Below are positions 11,114 to 25,100 of a DNA stretch of 64,000 bases, piece after piece. The stretch lies in the NCBI GenBank assembly GCA_043228905.1, contig JBHGNT010000014.1, positions 20,522,001 through 20,586,000 on the forward strand. Direction: 5' to 3'. The notes under the pieces are model-generated. The model made no database searches. It had not been told where the DNA came from and worked only from the letters and a program-made list of their open reading frames with translations. Position numbers and translations under genes: made by a program. Origin of the DNA: Azolla caroliniana. Lineage: Eukaryota; Plantae; Polypodiophyta. Position 1 is the stretch's first letter; every line of letters begins with the position of its first letter.

Positions 11114-14100
11114 TATGCAAACGATGTGATTGATTGATTAACTAGAAATGTTTTCTAATCTATGTTAGCATTTACGTATGTACCGAATGCATGAAATTGA
11201 TTGAAGTGTACTTCAACGTCACATTTTGCAATGCTTGTACAACATATCCCATTGAATAACAAGAAAGTGTTTCTCGACCGCATTGATAAAATTACATTCA
11301 TCCATAAGTACAATGTATTTGTGGTTAGTAGTTACTAGATGTGTTCTCCAACCTTAATCTACACAATGATGCAATCTACACAATGATGCGCAATATGCAA
11401 TTCAAAGTTACCTTAACTTCTTGGTACAACATTTGTAACTAGTTAAAGCATTTGTCAACCTTAGAAAATGTGTAAGGATAACTTGCCATAATATGTATAT
11501 ACCAATATCTGGGTGCCATAATATGTATCTACGTAGCAATATGCACACAATATAATTAACTATAACTAGGTGGCAGATTTTGCCAACCATAATATGCTCC
11601 AAAATAAAAAGTGTTGTGAGTTGGAATGTTATTTTCAATTGTGATCTACACAACCGTGTGTGTTTGCAACATAAACTATAATTACATTGTAATATTCACC
11701 AACCTTAATATGTTTGACAATGTGCAATGAGAATATACCATTGTTTTGAATGCACAACATATATGTTTATAATTAAAGTAAAGTTCGGCATTAATCTACA
11801 CAAGAATGTATGAATGGCAATGTACGCTGATATACTTATCAACATTCGCACGTAGCCCTATGTGTAATTAATTACAATAGTTGCACCCCTAATTATTGTG
11901 TAGTGACACTAGCCTATATATTTTTGAACTTTGTCTACGATCCCTAGTGTAGAACAATTAGCGCCAATTACATGTGAATGAAAGCATATGTGGATTGAGA
12001 GAATGTGCTATGAATTTGAATACATCAAAGCATCTGTGTGGCAATGCACATTGAATATATATCAACAGTCTACATGGAGAGTCAAGAACTAACGTTCTTG
12101 AGGTCTATGCAAGAAGACTATTTCCACAAATATGCGTTTTCTGGTAGGGCCTAAACATGGAGGAAAGTAGGGAAGTTTCACTTTGTTGAGATCAATGGAA
12201 CCAAAATGTCCCAACGGCATACACGAGTCTTTTATATCATTTTAGTATTCTATAACACTATTGTCAATGTTCGCCTCTAAAATATGCAAAAAGAATGGAT
12301 GGATCCAAACAATGTCCCCACCTACTAGCCTCATACAAGCCGGCAAAAAAGGATAGGTTGCTAGTTAAATAAGTCTCCATGAGAATCAGAATTTTTCTTT
12401 GGCCCCTCACCTAAGACAATCGATGTTGTCTCATTTTACAAGTCATCAAATATAATAAAATGTTTCCATCGCCACTTGAGTGTGGTGCATGACTAAGATC
12501 TATTAATCTTGTGAAAACAAAAAAGAAGAAGCAAAGGCGTCATATTCCAACCTCTAGCTCCAACAAATTAGAATATAAACGATAAACAATGGATTAAAAT
12601 ATAAAGGCTTTATCGTTTACCTAAGGGGGAAAAGAGATTTATGTTTGATTAATGTTGTTAGAATTCCTAATCATCATTAAATACCACGTTTTAGAATATC
12701 CATAGCTTTCGAGAGAATAGATTTGCCAAAAAATTTAAAACAATTTACCTTGGACTTTTATACAAATGCATTAGAATTGTGAAATGCATCGACAAAGGCA
12801 TGCCCTCAATACAACTTAAGACACATTTTAGGTTGGTAGGAAAGGTTTCATGTATTGGAGGAGCCAGATCATCTTGTTTATTTTTATTTTTCCAAAATAT
12901 TTCCTTCATTAGTATTAAGAAAAGCGTCGGAACCCGCATCATCTTGTTTATGACATGGTGAGGACCAAATAATTTTTGAACAAGGGTTCGCTCCATGGAA
13001 GATTGTAATCATAATCATCACATTTGTAGCTATGTTATACAATTCACAACAAAGCAACAAGCTTGTTGGTAAGGACATAGATGTCCTTAAGTATTTAAAT
13101 CATTGCCCATCCCATTGGAAAAGTATTCTTTATGCAACAAATAAGATTTGAAGAAAGAGTCCCTAGGGCATTTAAGGAGTTAACTCACAACCTCAAACGC
13201 AATGACATCAATGTTGAACTAAATCGAAGTTGCAGACTATCATAACACATGAAAACTTTGGAACCTTGATTGGAAAATGAAATACAAGGGACTCTTGGTC
13301 AAAGTGTATCCGTACATTTGCAAATTCCTGGAGGAGACAATCACGTGTCACTTTTGGCAGTGCCCCCACATCAACCATGAAAATATGTGTGAGGATACAT
13401 TTGAATAGACATTAACCATTCCATATAATGGTATGAAGTGTCTTTTCATATCTCTATTTGTGCTTGTTACCTATGCAACCAACACCTCCTAGATTTAATA
13501 TCTTTAGCTACGAAAACCCTCTCAATTTCAAAGTTAGTAAGTGAGGATGTGGTTTGTACCACTAATTCATAATTCTTCATTTAGGGTCCTTCATCAATAT
13601 CTATTAGGTCAAAATAATAATGCATCTTGCATCTACTTCTAGGTATGTAAAGGGGATAACGATCCACTGAATAACTTTACATGAAGACCTTGTCATCGCA
13701 ACTTTAGAGGATATTCACTATGTACAAAATTGAATGTTACAATATCTCCTTCGAAATGTGTGGATGATTATTGAGTAAGAACCCTATGATAATCATCCTA
13801 CTCTATATTATGCACGTTTTAGGAGAGAAACTTGGTTATCGAGTTTATATTGATGCCCTTCTTTGGTGTAGAAGGCACCTTGCTACAAAGCCCATGTGAT
13901 GAGAATGCACATTATAACTTATGGCCAAGGGAAAGGAGAAAGGGAAAAGGAAAAAGTATGAGTTTGATGCCCTTTAAGGAAAACTACAAAGGCTACGAAA
14001 TGGACATCTTTGAGCTTCAACAAAACTTTCAGTCAAAGAGGTTCAAAATCTGAGTGTGATGGAGCAATAATCTTACAACTAAAAAAATAAAGGATATATT

Positions 14101-17100
14101 CAAACAAGAACTAATACAAATTCCCAAATTTTCATTTGTAAAGGAAATATAACTAGGCCACAAAAATGGAGCTATAGCAATTGGGGAGGCCTAGAAATCT
14201 AGTCTCAACACCAACATTACTAATTAGGAACATCATAAAAAGCGTGTGAGGCAACGACATGCAAGTTCCACATCTTTTAAGGGATGTTGAAATATAATGC
14301 CTACTAGTTGAGATTAATAAAATCATCAAACATTCAAGACCTAATGCATGAGTGATTTAAATGAATAAATGCACTATTTTCATATTGAATAGGAGGATAC
14401 CCCCCCCCCCCCCCCCAATTTTAAAGGGTGTCTTGGCATTTAAACCCCTTCATGTTGAGTAGAACTCGCATGCTACAATTTCAAACTAATGAATGATCTT
14501 GTAGTGCCCGTAAACCAATAAGAGTTAGAATGCATGTATTAGAAAGATCATCACATGGTAATTTTTATTTGCGTCCTTAATCCAAATAATTACTAATTAT
14601 GATCTCATAATCTCATTGTCGAGACCCATTTGCGAAGGACAATGTTACAAGGTTCTTGCATGAGGATGAGTACATCGTTATCTTTTCAATAAGTTATACT
14701 TTTTAGGCGTGTCCAACACAATACCACACGCAAGAGATGTGGTAACACGTGGAAATGACTCATATAAATAATGTGCTAGTAGTATGTGTGTCTCCCCCCA
14801 ACTTCTTGTATTATATAATGTCTGTGTGTGTATGTCACATTCTACGATACTATTCCAAAAGCATAACCCCGAACCTTTGAATCTTACTACCCATAACAAA
14901 AAGACAAGATTTATTGCTTGCTTTATGAATCATGATTATGTGTCTAACTTTGTAGGTAAAAGAAAAAGCATGCAATGAACGTTGCCTTTGAGTTATAATA
15001 CTAATTTATGCTTATAGAGTACAAAAACTCACAAAGGTGCTCCACTTATTTATTTTCCAAACTACACCAATATGCTTGGTTGGACATTTGAGACTCTTAA
15101 TTGCACAGAAATTAAGGTTAAACTTGTCATTAAAACTCAACAAATATATTTTAAGTATATAGTAGCCTAATATAACTAAAATTATTATTAAGGTTCATCT
15201 TAATTTTTATTGTACAAATTAAGGACACCACAAGCAAAGATGATCTAAGTGTAAACTCTAGAAAAACGAAATGACAAGGATGAAGTTAGGTAGACACCAA
15301 ATTCATAGTTCATGGATGTCAATTAACTATGTGATTAAGGAATTTTGAACATCGATGCAGTATATTTTAGTAATGTTTGGAGACTAAATGGATCATACCA
15401 TCATTAACAATTCTAAAATATATATAAGCATGTTGTAGGGAATGTGGTTCATTCATGCTATGTGTATGAGTCACAAACAATGCCATATATTCATGTATGC
15501 TAGTTATTTGACATAACAACATGATTACACATTTGCAAAACAAAACAACTTTCATGGAATGGAGCACAAAAAAAACATAGGATGGTAAAAAGTAATACGT
15601 GAAAAATTGTATGCAAGGTCCTAGTAAAGTAAATCAAATGTCTTAAAATATCTCTACTTTTGGTGTTGATAGCTCTATTTTGGACTTGAACAAGATCGCT
15701 ATGAGCATATTTGAATTCATATGCATCAAATCTCATTTCATTTGCATGAAAAAGATAGATATATGTCTTTATAAATGTCTATGTGTGTGTCTTTTATGAC
15801 CTAGAATACTAGGTGTGGTAAGTGAGTGCCCCCATGGCTTATGTCCATATTAAAAAGCTCCAAAGTTTCACATTATTCCCCTCATGGTACTCAGAATATC
15901 ATCAAAACCAGCTTTGTAATTAAAGGTTGGTCACACAAATTACATTCACCCACCAATTCTATGGGGTGTTCCACGTTAAAAACCTTCAAATATTTGGATG
16001 TTCCACTACGCTATTAAAGCAAATTTGGGATTTTGGATGACGGTTTATTACCTTCCACGAAAAACAATGCTTTCCCCACATTGATAACCACACATACACT
16101 ATAATCGAGTCAAACTATAGTCAACAATGTCAATAATTTTAGTTTAATATGGTACATTCATTTTGACTTGTACAAATAGAGCAGAATTTTAGTGGCTTTT
16201 GCAATTACCAAAAAATACTAGAAATTGCAAGGAAATAGAGTAGAACTTTAGTGGCTTGATGTATAATTGCAGAAAGAGCACAATGTGTACACTTCATCTG
16301 TCTCTATGCATGGTTAAATAAAATATTCAATCATATAAGGACTACGATATTCAAGTCCCACTCGCAGTACATTGGTTAACCAAAGTCACACCTTGTGGAG
16401 TTATTTGGTTGCCACGTTTCTTATTTTTACTTCACACACTGAACTACTCGAGGGAAAAAAGTTCACTCTTTTCATTTTTGGGCAATTATGCATGCTAAAC
16501 TTTGTTGACAAGCCACTTCTTTTCTAACTCGACCAAGTCATGGACACCATACAAAAGTCTGTTGTATGAACCTTTTCTCTAAATCATGAAGAGAGAAACT
16601 TGGATATGGACCCCAAAAACTTTTCTAGTTACTCTGCATTATCGAGATAGATAAATGATATGGTTTGAAAGTCTGGGCATTTCTTTATGTTTCACTTTTT
16701 CAAACTTTAAAAAATGCTAGGCCCGAAGTGTGTTTCAAATTTAAACATCACAATTGATATGTAAAGTAGGATAAGAGTACCAAAGTATAATGAGTCGATT
16801 ACGTGGATGTGCTCAAGATCCATTTTAATGTACGTACAACATACAATAAAATATTTTCGATAACAAATATAAGCATTGTAAATATCAAAAATCTATTGGC
16901 GTTGTGCAAAAAGGTCAACAATATGGCATGGATTTAAATGATACATTAGATGGATAATTTTGCATGGATTTCAAGAAAAGTTTGCTTAGGTAAAAGCTTT
17001 TATCAACACATTGCATACCTAACAATGAAACTCGAACAAATCATCAATACTAAGATCAATAACTTGAGAAGTATTTCACTAAAGCAATGGGGGCATAATA

Positions 17101-17361
17101 TGAATAATGCCAGCACAAACTCTAGTTAATACAAAACATGCACACTTTATTAAGATCCACAACATAGTGGCCAAGGACAATTTCAAGACTCTAGATAAAG
17201 TCTTGCAAGATTTCATGCTCGACAAAAGTGGAGACACTAGAGTTCTTTAATTAAATCTATTATGATGTTTGTGTTGTTATCTTAAGCCATTCCTAGCATA
17301 ACACAAATGAGTTTCCATTTAGTTACAATGACACTTAAGATGGGAATCATAAAATGTCTCA

Positions 17362-18675
17362 GTGAGAGACACTGAGACACCCACACAGAATAACGCCATT
17401 CGAGTACTTGCGTACACTAGTCATAAATGGATTGTAGATCCTGATCCGATCAAAGTACAACCCGATTGGCATATATGTATTCATGAAAACACATGGCTGC
17501 GTAAGGTCAGCTGGGACCCTTTGCAATGGACATGGCGTGATCCCTACGCGGGGCAAGGAAGCAAACCCATCCCTTTCTTCCAATTCACAACTAGATTGGG
17601 TCGCTACATTCTAGCTGCTCAAGCCGCCCGAGAACCGACTGTTGCAAAGGTCTGGCGCACATTTCAAGTTCCCTCCGCAATAATCACCAAGTTTTGGCAG
17701 AAAATCTGGAAGCAACAACACGCGAGGCGAATTACCACTTTCCAATGGTTGTTAATACATAAGTCCCTACCGGTGGGAGCATGGCAACGTGGGAACCTTA
17801 ACTCTCCTAATTGTGTAGAGTGCCCACATTCAGTAGAATCCATACGACACGCTCTGTGGGACTGCCCAACGTCCCATAGAACATGGCGGGGGGTTGGCCG
17901 CTTGTTGCAGTTATGCCAAGTGCAAGGTTCAATCAAGTGGGGAAATATATGTTGGCTATCATGGCAGGCTGCAATTGGCCGATACGAGCATAAGGAGGAG
18001 GGGATGACTTTGGTGATAAAAGCACAAGAGGTTCTTTTCTCCTCCAGCGACAATGTCTACTATTTTCCTCTTAATGACAAATCTCAAGAGGTGTTGGAAT
18101 TGGTCAGCCCAATAACCCTTTGGATTCTATGGAAACAACGATGTAGGCGAGTCTTCTCCAACCAAGCCACCCATCCAACAAGGTTACTGGCTATCATGGC
18201 AGGCTGCAATTGGCCGATACGAGCATAAGGAGGAGGGGATGACTTTGGTGATAAAAGCACAAGAGGTTCTTTTCTCCTCCAGCGACAATGTCTACTATTT
18301 TCCTCTTAATGACAAATCTCAAGAGGTGTTGGAATTGGTCAGCCCAATAACCCTTTGGATTCTATGGAAACAACGATGTAGGCGAGTCTTCTCCAACCAA
18401 GCCACCCATCCAACAAGGTTACTGCAAGAGATATGGAGTGAAATTGTAGCCACTCTGAAGAGCCAATATGATGGCCTTAAAGGTGGCTCCGAGGGAGTTG
18501 AAAGACAACGCATAGCCTTCATCCAACAATGGTCGTCCTCTCCCTTTCTTGAGTCAGTGGGCTTCCACATTAGATGGAACTATCGCATCCCTTTAAGGAT
18601 TTGTACATAATCGCCTCATTTGTAAAATTTTATAACTAATGGAAGGAGTTTTTTTTTGGAAAAAAAATAAAAAAT
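17362..18675 (+). mobile_element. 5'-truncated L1-like LINE (zf-RVT and ORF2 C-terminus, 3' UTR, A-tail) with an internal 235-bp tandem duplication
   Basis: ORFs 17362-18228 and 18239-18610 read FQWLLIHKSLPVG...CVECPHSVESIRHALWDCP...LWILWKQRCRRVF. An A-rich tail lies at ~18660-18675. Confidence 0.88.
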
Positions 18676-19142
18676 CATCTAAACTCTTTTTCCAATTGCT
18701 AAATACACTAGTAAGAATATTCCCGTCACCAAATGGGTTGATTGTGATCGAAACATTGACCACAAAAATATTTGCTAATTGGACAATAGAAATGTTGAGT
18801 TTCCATTTCCATAAACCCAAATTCACTATTACAATGTGAGGCAACATAAATCAACCACATTCACAAGTTTGATGCATGATACAAAATTGACCGTTCTGAG
18901 TGCTTCCTATACCAACCAAAAAACATTTCACAAGCATTATAAGGGATTAGTTACATTGTAATATGTCATATTGCGCCTTCATATGAAAACCCTAACGATG
19001 TTTTTGTCATGTAGAGGCATAATCTATATCAGGATTGAAAATATTGAGCCCAACTCAAAATTTAATGAAAATACTTAACTTTTTGACTGTTGCAATTGCC
19101 AAACTTATAAAAGAACAAAAAACAATTACTGCATGCAAAACT

Positions 19143-22100
19143 TTAACTGAGTCTTGCTCCACAATTTAGCCCAAAAGCTAAAACTAAAACTAAAACATCA
19201 CGACCAATCCTTATACCATTTTGATGGAAGTCTATCCAAAGATAGTTATATATAAAATTGCAAAAGATAAGAAAACAACACTTGAATATCCACTCAGAGA
19301 ATATTTGAACAAAAACACATATACTGAGGGTTAGATGAGGAACAAACAAAAGCTTTGGGCGGGTATCCTTCTTCCCCAGTATTTTGATTTGCTCAACTCA
19401 TTCAAGCTCCTCATCAATCTTCTTTAAATGAGGTATTACTTCCTTCCCTTGTTAAAGCTTCTCCAACTTACGATACCCCTCTTCTTTCCTTGCCAACTCT
19501 TCGGCAGCCGACTGTAATGCCGCTTCCATCTTACAGTGATTCTCATCATGTATTTTCTGGAGATCGTCATGCAGTTGAGCAGATTCCTGACAGAATAGAC
19601 GTAAGTTCTTAAAAGAAATATTTTAGTGGATGAAACATAAGTGGTAAAAACTTTGAAAGGGATAAACAAAATATTTAAATGAGAGAAAACAAGGTAAGAA
19701 AGAGTCCAAAAAAATTATTGTGGCCTTTTACACGTTTTTTTGAAAACTTTAGATGCACAAAAAACTTAACTGGGTTGAATTGAAGGAAGCTTTCCATATG
19801 GTTATTTGCCAAGGTCTTTGACAACTCTAAGTAGGGTTGAGGGTAACTCTAAGTAGCAAAGGGAGTCAAGGAAATAACTAGCGGCTAATATTTGTGAAAT
19901 GGCTATTTTTCAAGGCTTTTGAAAATTGATATGGATAAAAGAATATTTAAATGTGTGAAAGTAAGAAAAAACGTTTTAAGCAATGATAAACAAAGAGCTA
20001 CTTTCCAAGGTTTCTGACAACTCAGTTTCTAATTACCATCTATCATTTTAATGATTTTTACAAATAGCCAAAACATTGAAATTGAAAATCTAACCCAATA
20101 TATAGAGAGTTTTGGTCTCAGGAGATTATATTTTACTCTCATGCAGAATCATATCAACAAAAGAAACAAATTTTGAGTTTGCCTGTTTCCATTTCTATGG
20201 ACATAAAGGAACTATGGGGAAATTTTAAATGGGTACGCTTCCAAGAATTTTGAAAAGTTCTGTTGATCTCTTCCTATAGATATTTTTGTGCAATTTTCCA
20301 AAACTAAGAAATTTTTATGGAAAGCTGAAAGATTGGAAAAGAAACAAAAGTTGAGCTTGCCTCTACAAGAATAACTTCCACACCAGCTTGCTCCTTTTCT
20401 TTTGTCATTTAGGCTGCGACCTCATCAGATATCTTTTGCCAGCCCTCTTGCAACCTTCTCTCCACTTCCTTTCTTAACCCCTCCAAATCTAGAGATTCTT
20501 CTCCTATGCTCTTGATGGCCAAGTCAATCGTTTTCAATGACTCTTGCTTGATCAGCTTTAACTCGCCCAATTTTAGCTTCCTAGACATATTAATGATATT
20601 AGTGATCAGCATTATAATGACGGCATGGAAACAAAGTTCTTTATAGACTAAAGTTGTGTGGTGGCTAGATTTAGAGTTGAAAATATTCCCAGATAAAGTG
20701 ATAGTAAGTATTGCCAAAAAACAAAAAGGTAACTCTTTCTTCTATCATCTGGTTACGGAAACTGTCTTCAATATATTCAAGATGTTGCTGGTAAGGATCT
20801 TAAGTAAGCGCGAAGTTTTCTTCAGCAGTAGTATATCAAACCATTTGTAGATGGATTGACAGAATCCTTGGTTAGAAATAAACTGAAAGCAATCCTTTTT
20901 TGTCAAGCAAGCATAGCTTATCTGATTTTCCAGAATTTTTTCATATTACTACACTTTATAACACCTGTGAAGTAAATCTCAAGATAAAGACATAGGTAGA
21001 GTACTATTGAAAACCTTGGCTTATCACAGAGCTGGAGGACGAAGTTGACAGCTGGGATAAACCTGGTATGTCCTGTATTCCACTACATGCCAAATGACAT
21101 AAAGGAGCTAACATAATGGTTAATAGATTGTCCTAAAGCATGAATGAATACAACATTATTATATTAATGGGCAAAAATAGTGATGTTTCATTTGGTGGAA
21201 TTATGTGATGATACTGAAACTCTTATGCAAACTGCCCATTTCCAAGATAAGGGACCAATGGGCCAATGTACACATCCCAAGATAAAATATAGGAATGATC
21301 AGGGGATTTATCAAATTTACAAGTGCAATTCACGTCTTAGAAGTAAATTGACTCATAAAAGCTCTCATATTGCTAACTTGAACTCTACCTCTCCTTCAGT
21401 CTTTTCAAGGGAATTTGTTTGCTCTTGCTGATTATCTCAGGCAAGCATATTGTGTCTTACAACGAAGAAGAAAAGAAAGAAAAATATATTACTATGAAAT
21501 ATATTTGGCTCTTGCTAATTATCTCAGGTAAGCATATTTTTTCTTTCAAAGAAGAAAGAAAGAAAGACATTCTGTCTTACAACGAAAAGGGAAAAGTTTT
21601 AAGTAAAAGAAATATTACATCCATAGTGCAGTATGTACAGCCTTTATATAAATTTAGCTTATCCTTCACCGGTTATCGATCGCATTCAAAATTCAGCCTT
21701 CCCCACATATCCAATATACCTATAGCCAGTAGTTAAGAAGCGTGTAATAAAACAAAGATGTATTAAGCAACCTACCAGTGAATGTTACCACTATGGAAAG
21801 TGTGGATGGTGAAGAAAGTATGCACACGAACATAGTTAGAAAGAAATATTAACGTCTTTTAAGAGGCCAAAATGGCCTATGGGACCCAACAAGAGATTAC
21901 ATCTTAAGTGTTGCTTCGTCTTTGAGAACAAATCAAAATAAAATAAGTATTACTCAGGAAATATAAAAGTAAATAAGATAAAAACATACGAGGGAATCTG
22001 GTTTTTGGCACATGTGAGATTCTCAAGTTAGATATATTGTAACTTTTGTCTTCGAAAGATCTCTAGCATAGGTCGATCCAGAATGGAGAGGTCATTTGAT

Positions 22101-25100
22101 AAACTCTTAGTGTATAGACTAGGTTTCCATTCGATATAAATAGTAAGCACGGTCATTAAAAATATTACAGCACATCTTATTACATTTTAAGGTGCATGTA
22201 CAAAAACAATACATCCAACTCAGACATTTCCATGCATGTATAATTCATTATCATCCCCTACATATACAGAATCCCCTTGGAACCTGTTTTCATTTGCATC
22301 AAATTCTGTTATTTTCCAAATTGTTTTTCATTTTCATCCATTTCACCTTTCATTTTCACATTAACAAAAGTGACTTCAATACATCTAACTCAGACATTTC
22401 ATGCATGTATAATACATTATCATCCCCTACACATACAGAATCCCCATTGAACATGTTCTCGTTTGCTTCAAAGTCTTTCATTTTCCAAATTGTTTTCATT
22501 TTCGTCTATTTCACCTTTCATTTTCTCTGGTTTAGCCTTGCATTAGCATAAGTGACTTAGGTTTTTCAGACAACTTGATCACTTCTTTGGTTTTATAAGT
22601 CACATACGACGATACTTACCTCACATTTCTACTAACAAGGAGCTCTCCATCAGCCCTCACCCAAATGACTCAGTTTCCAATGTTTCTACCCTACCTAGAG
22701 GATCCCATGATTCATGTACTTACCACGCATATTAACATCCTGAAGTGAGCATGCACATATATATGTAAAACGTACCTAGACAACATGGAGAGGCAGGTAG
22801 ACACCACATAGCTGTAAACACTGCATGCCACATTGATATGACTGACGTAGATTCCTCATTTCTATGCATACAAAATGACTGAGAAAATACAGAAACTGGA
22901 TGTAAATAAGTAAGAATAGAAATAGAAAAAAATAAAAATATCTATAGATTTATAGGAAGAAAGAAATGGCCTATAAGATCAAACCTCAGATTACATCTTA
23001 AATGGTTGTTTTGTTCATTGTTGATCAATTGTCCTCGATGTATTGTTATCCAAAAACTCCTCCCTTATGTTTCATGAGTTCTAAAGAATATTCTCAAGCT
23101 TTTTAGGCGTTTATTACCCATTACCTTGCAAATTGCGCCAAAACCTTGCTTGAAAACACAGTGGTATCTCCTTCATATTTTATAAAAATAGCACAATGGA
23201 AAACATAGTGTTCTTCTAATTCCACCTCCAAGCGACCAATCAACATAACTTTCACACACGCCAACAAAGTGGTTGCTAAAACCACAAGCACACTGTGACC
23301 CTAGCCGGCTAGGCCTATGCCACCAACGCCCATGCACTAGATGCAGCCAAACAGCTTACTACAGCCGACACGTCAATAAAGGACCTATTGAAAACGTTGT
23401 GCAAGGCCAAAAAATCAAGTAAGGCCTTGAACATCAGAGCCTCTATGCAAATCCATCACCAAAGACAAGGCCCACCTCCATGCCACAGCACAACAAGCGA
23501 TCACCACTGAGCAATGTGCACTCAGAAGACGAAATTCCTTGACCAATGCCAGGACTGATGGAACGAAGCCTACCAGCTGATCCAGCAGCAATAACAGAAG
23601 CAATGGAAATTATTGGGTTTGTATTAGTGTTGTCCTAAATCATTTAAGAGCCAAATACACCCATTAATGGAGTTGCTCCATGAGGACATATAAACAGCCA
23701 AGTGTTGCTCCACAACTGTCTGTAATGGACTCCAGTGGCCAACAGCATCCATTAGATGCAACTATAACACTAGATTAAACCTTTTATATGAACACCATAG
23801 GAAAAATATTCTAAAAATAAGAACGCACAAGATAGACCCATATTGACCTACCGTACAGGCTAATTACAGTAAGCAAACCAAGACCTTTCTCATAATAAAC
23901 TCATTTGACACACCCTGGCAAGACAATGGGACTCCTTGAAGCAGAAATATAAACTATTATAGTTTTGAATACACAATGTGTGTTCACATCCAAAAATAAA
24001 CATATCATAGTATTTAATTGGTAACACTTATAAAGAATCCCTGCCACACAATTTTGGGAGTTAAATGGACAAAACTTTAGACGTTTAAATCTTCTCATAT
24101 GGATATGCATTTTCAAAACCAATCTGAAACATAAATGAGGAAAACAATTGCAAACGTTTAGAAGTTTAATCAAATCTGCTTCATAGGATGCTTACATTTA
24201 TACAGCACTTATAATTTATTCATTAACAACATTTAATTCATGTCAAGATCAAATCAAATTTGTCCCACGAGGCTACATAAATAAAACAAAAAACAATTTG
24301 ATGAGCATGGTGTGTGGCGCAGCAAACCAAGAGATAATTGATTGGTTGTCCCTGACATAATTATCCAGAAGTCTAGTTTTGAGATGCTCTTAAGTTCAAG
24401 ACACAATAACAAGTCCTTGCACATTGGAATGGAGGAACATTCCCAATTTAGTCATACAGGTCAAATTTTTCCTTGTAAAAGAGATTAATATGTCCAGCTT
24501 CTGCCTCTCTACCCGCCTCTTTCCATGTTTCTCCAGCTCCACAAATAGCTTCATCAATACGAGGTTACAAAGACCCCAGACATGCACATACTGATCCTAT
24601 TGACTATTTTAGCTTTATTGCGATCATATTCTTGATGATATGTACTCAAATCAATGTATCCTAGGATTCTTTCTGAAAATGCATACATGTAATATATATT
24701 TATATATAAACATATATGAGCAACTTTTATTTTCTTGGCATGCACTCAAACATTTTAAAGGTCTTCGTTTTAAAAGATGTTTCGCATTCATGTTATGGTT
24801 GTAACTGCACAAGCTTTTTCATGGCATGAGAGAGAGGCATATGGCACATTTGGAGTTTCATAAAATTTCAGAATCTAGGTTAACTGGGGACTGAGGCTCA
24901 GAAATGGTGTAATTAGGACTGCTTGGTGTCATAGTTATTAGGACTACTTATGATCTATTACATAGTAGCCATTCCGAAAACTATATAACACATGTAAGCA
25001 AATGGTGCTCTTCTTTTTCCTAACATACCAAAAGCATCATTTAATCATATCCTAAAATCGGTTTGTGCTATATCTACAGATGCACAAGTAATTTCTTACC

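Noticed and set aside
14400-14416. Poly-C run (G-quadruplex or i-motif potential)
   Set aside because: It is an isolated homopolymer in degenerate intergenic DNA, and its length is error-prone.
11150-14500. Possible decayed DNA transposon
   Set aside because: Only short ORFs are present, with no identifiable domain, TIR or TSD.
23100-23760. GC-richer block in an ARGLU1-like intron as a nested gene
   Set aside because: There is only a 62-aa ORF with no motif. It is more likely a retroelement-derived fragment, which I could not classify.
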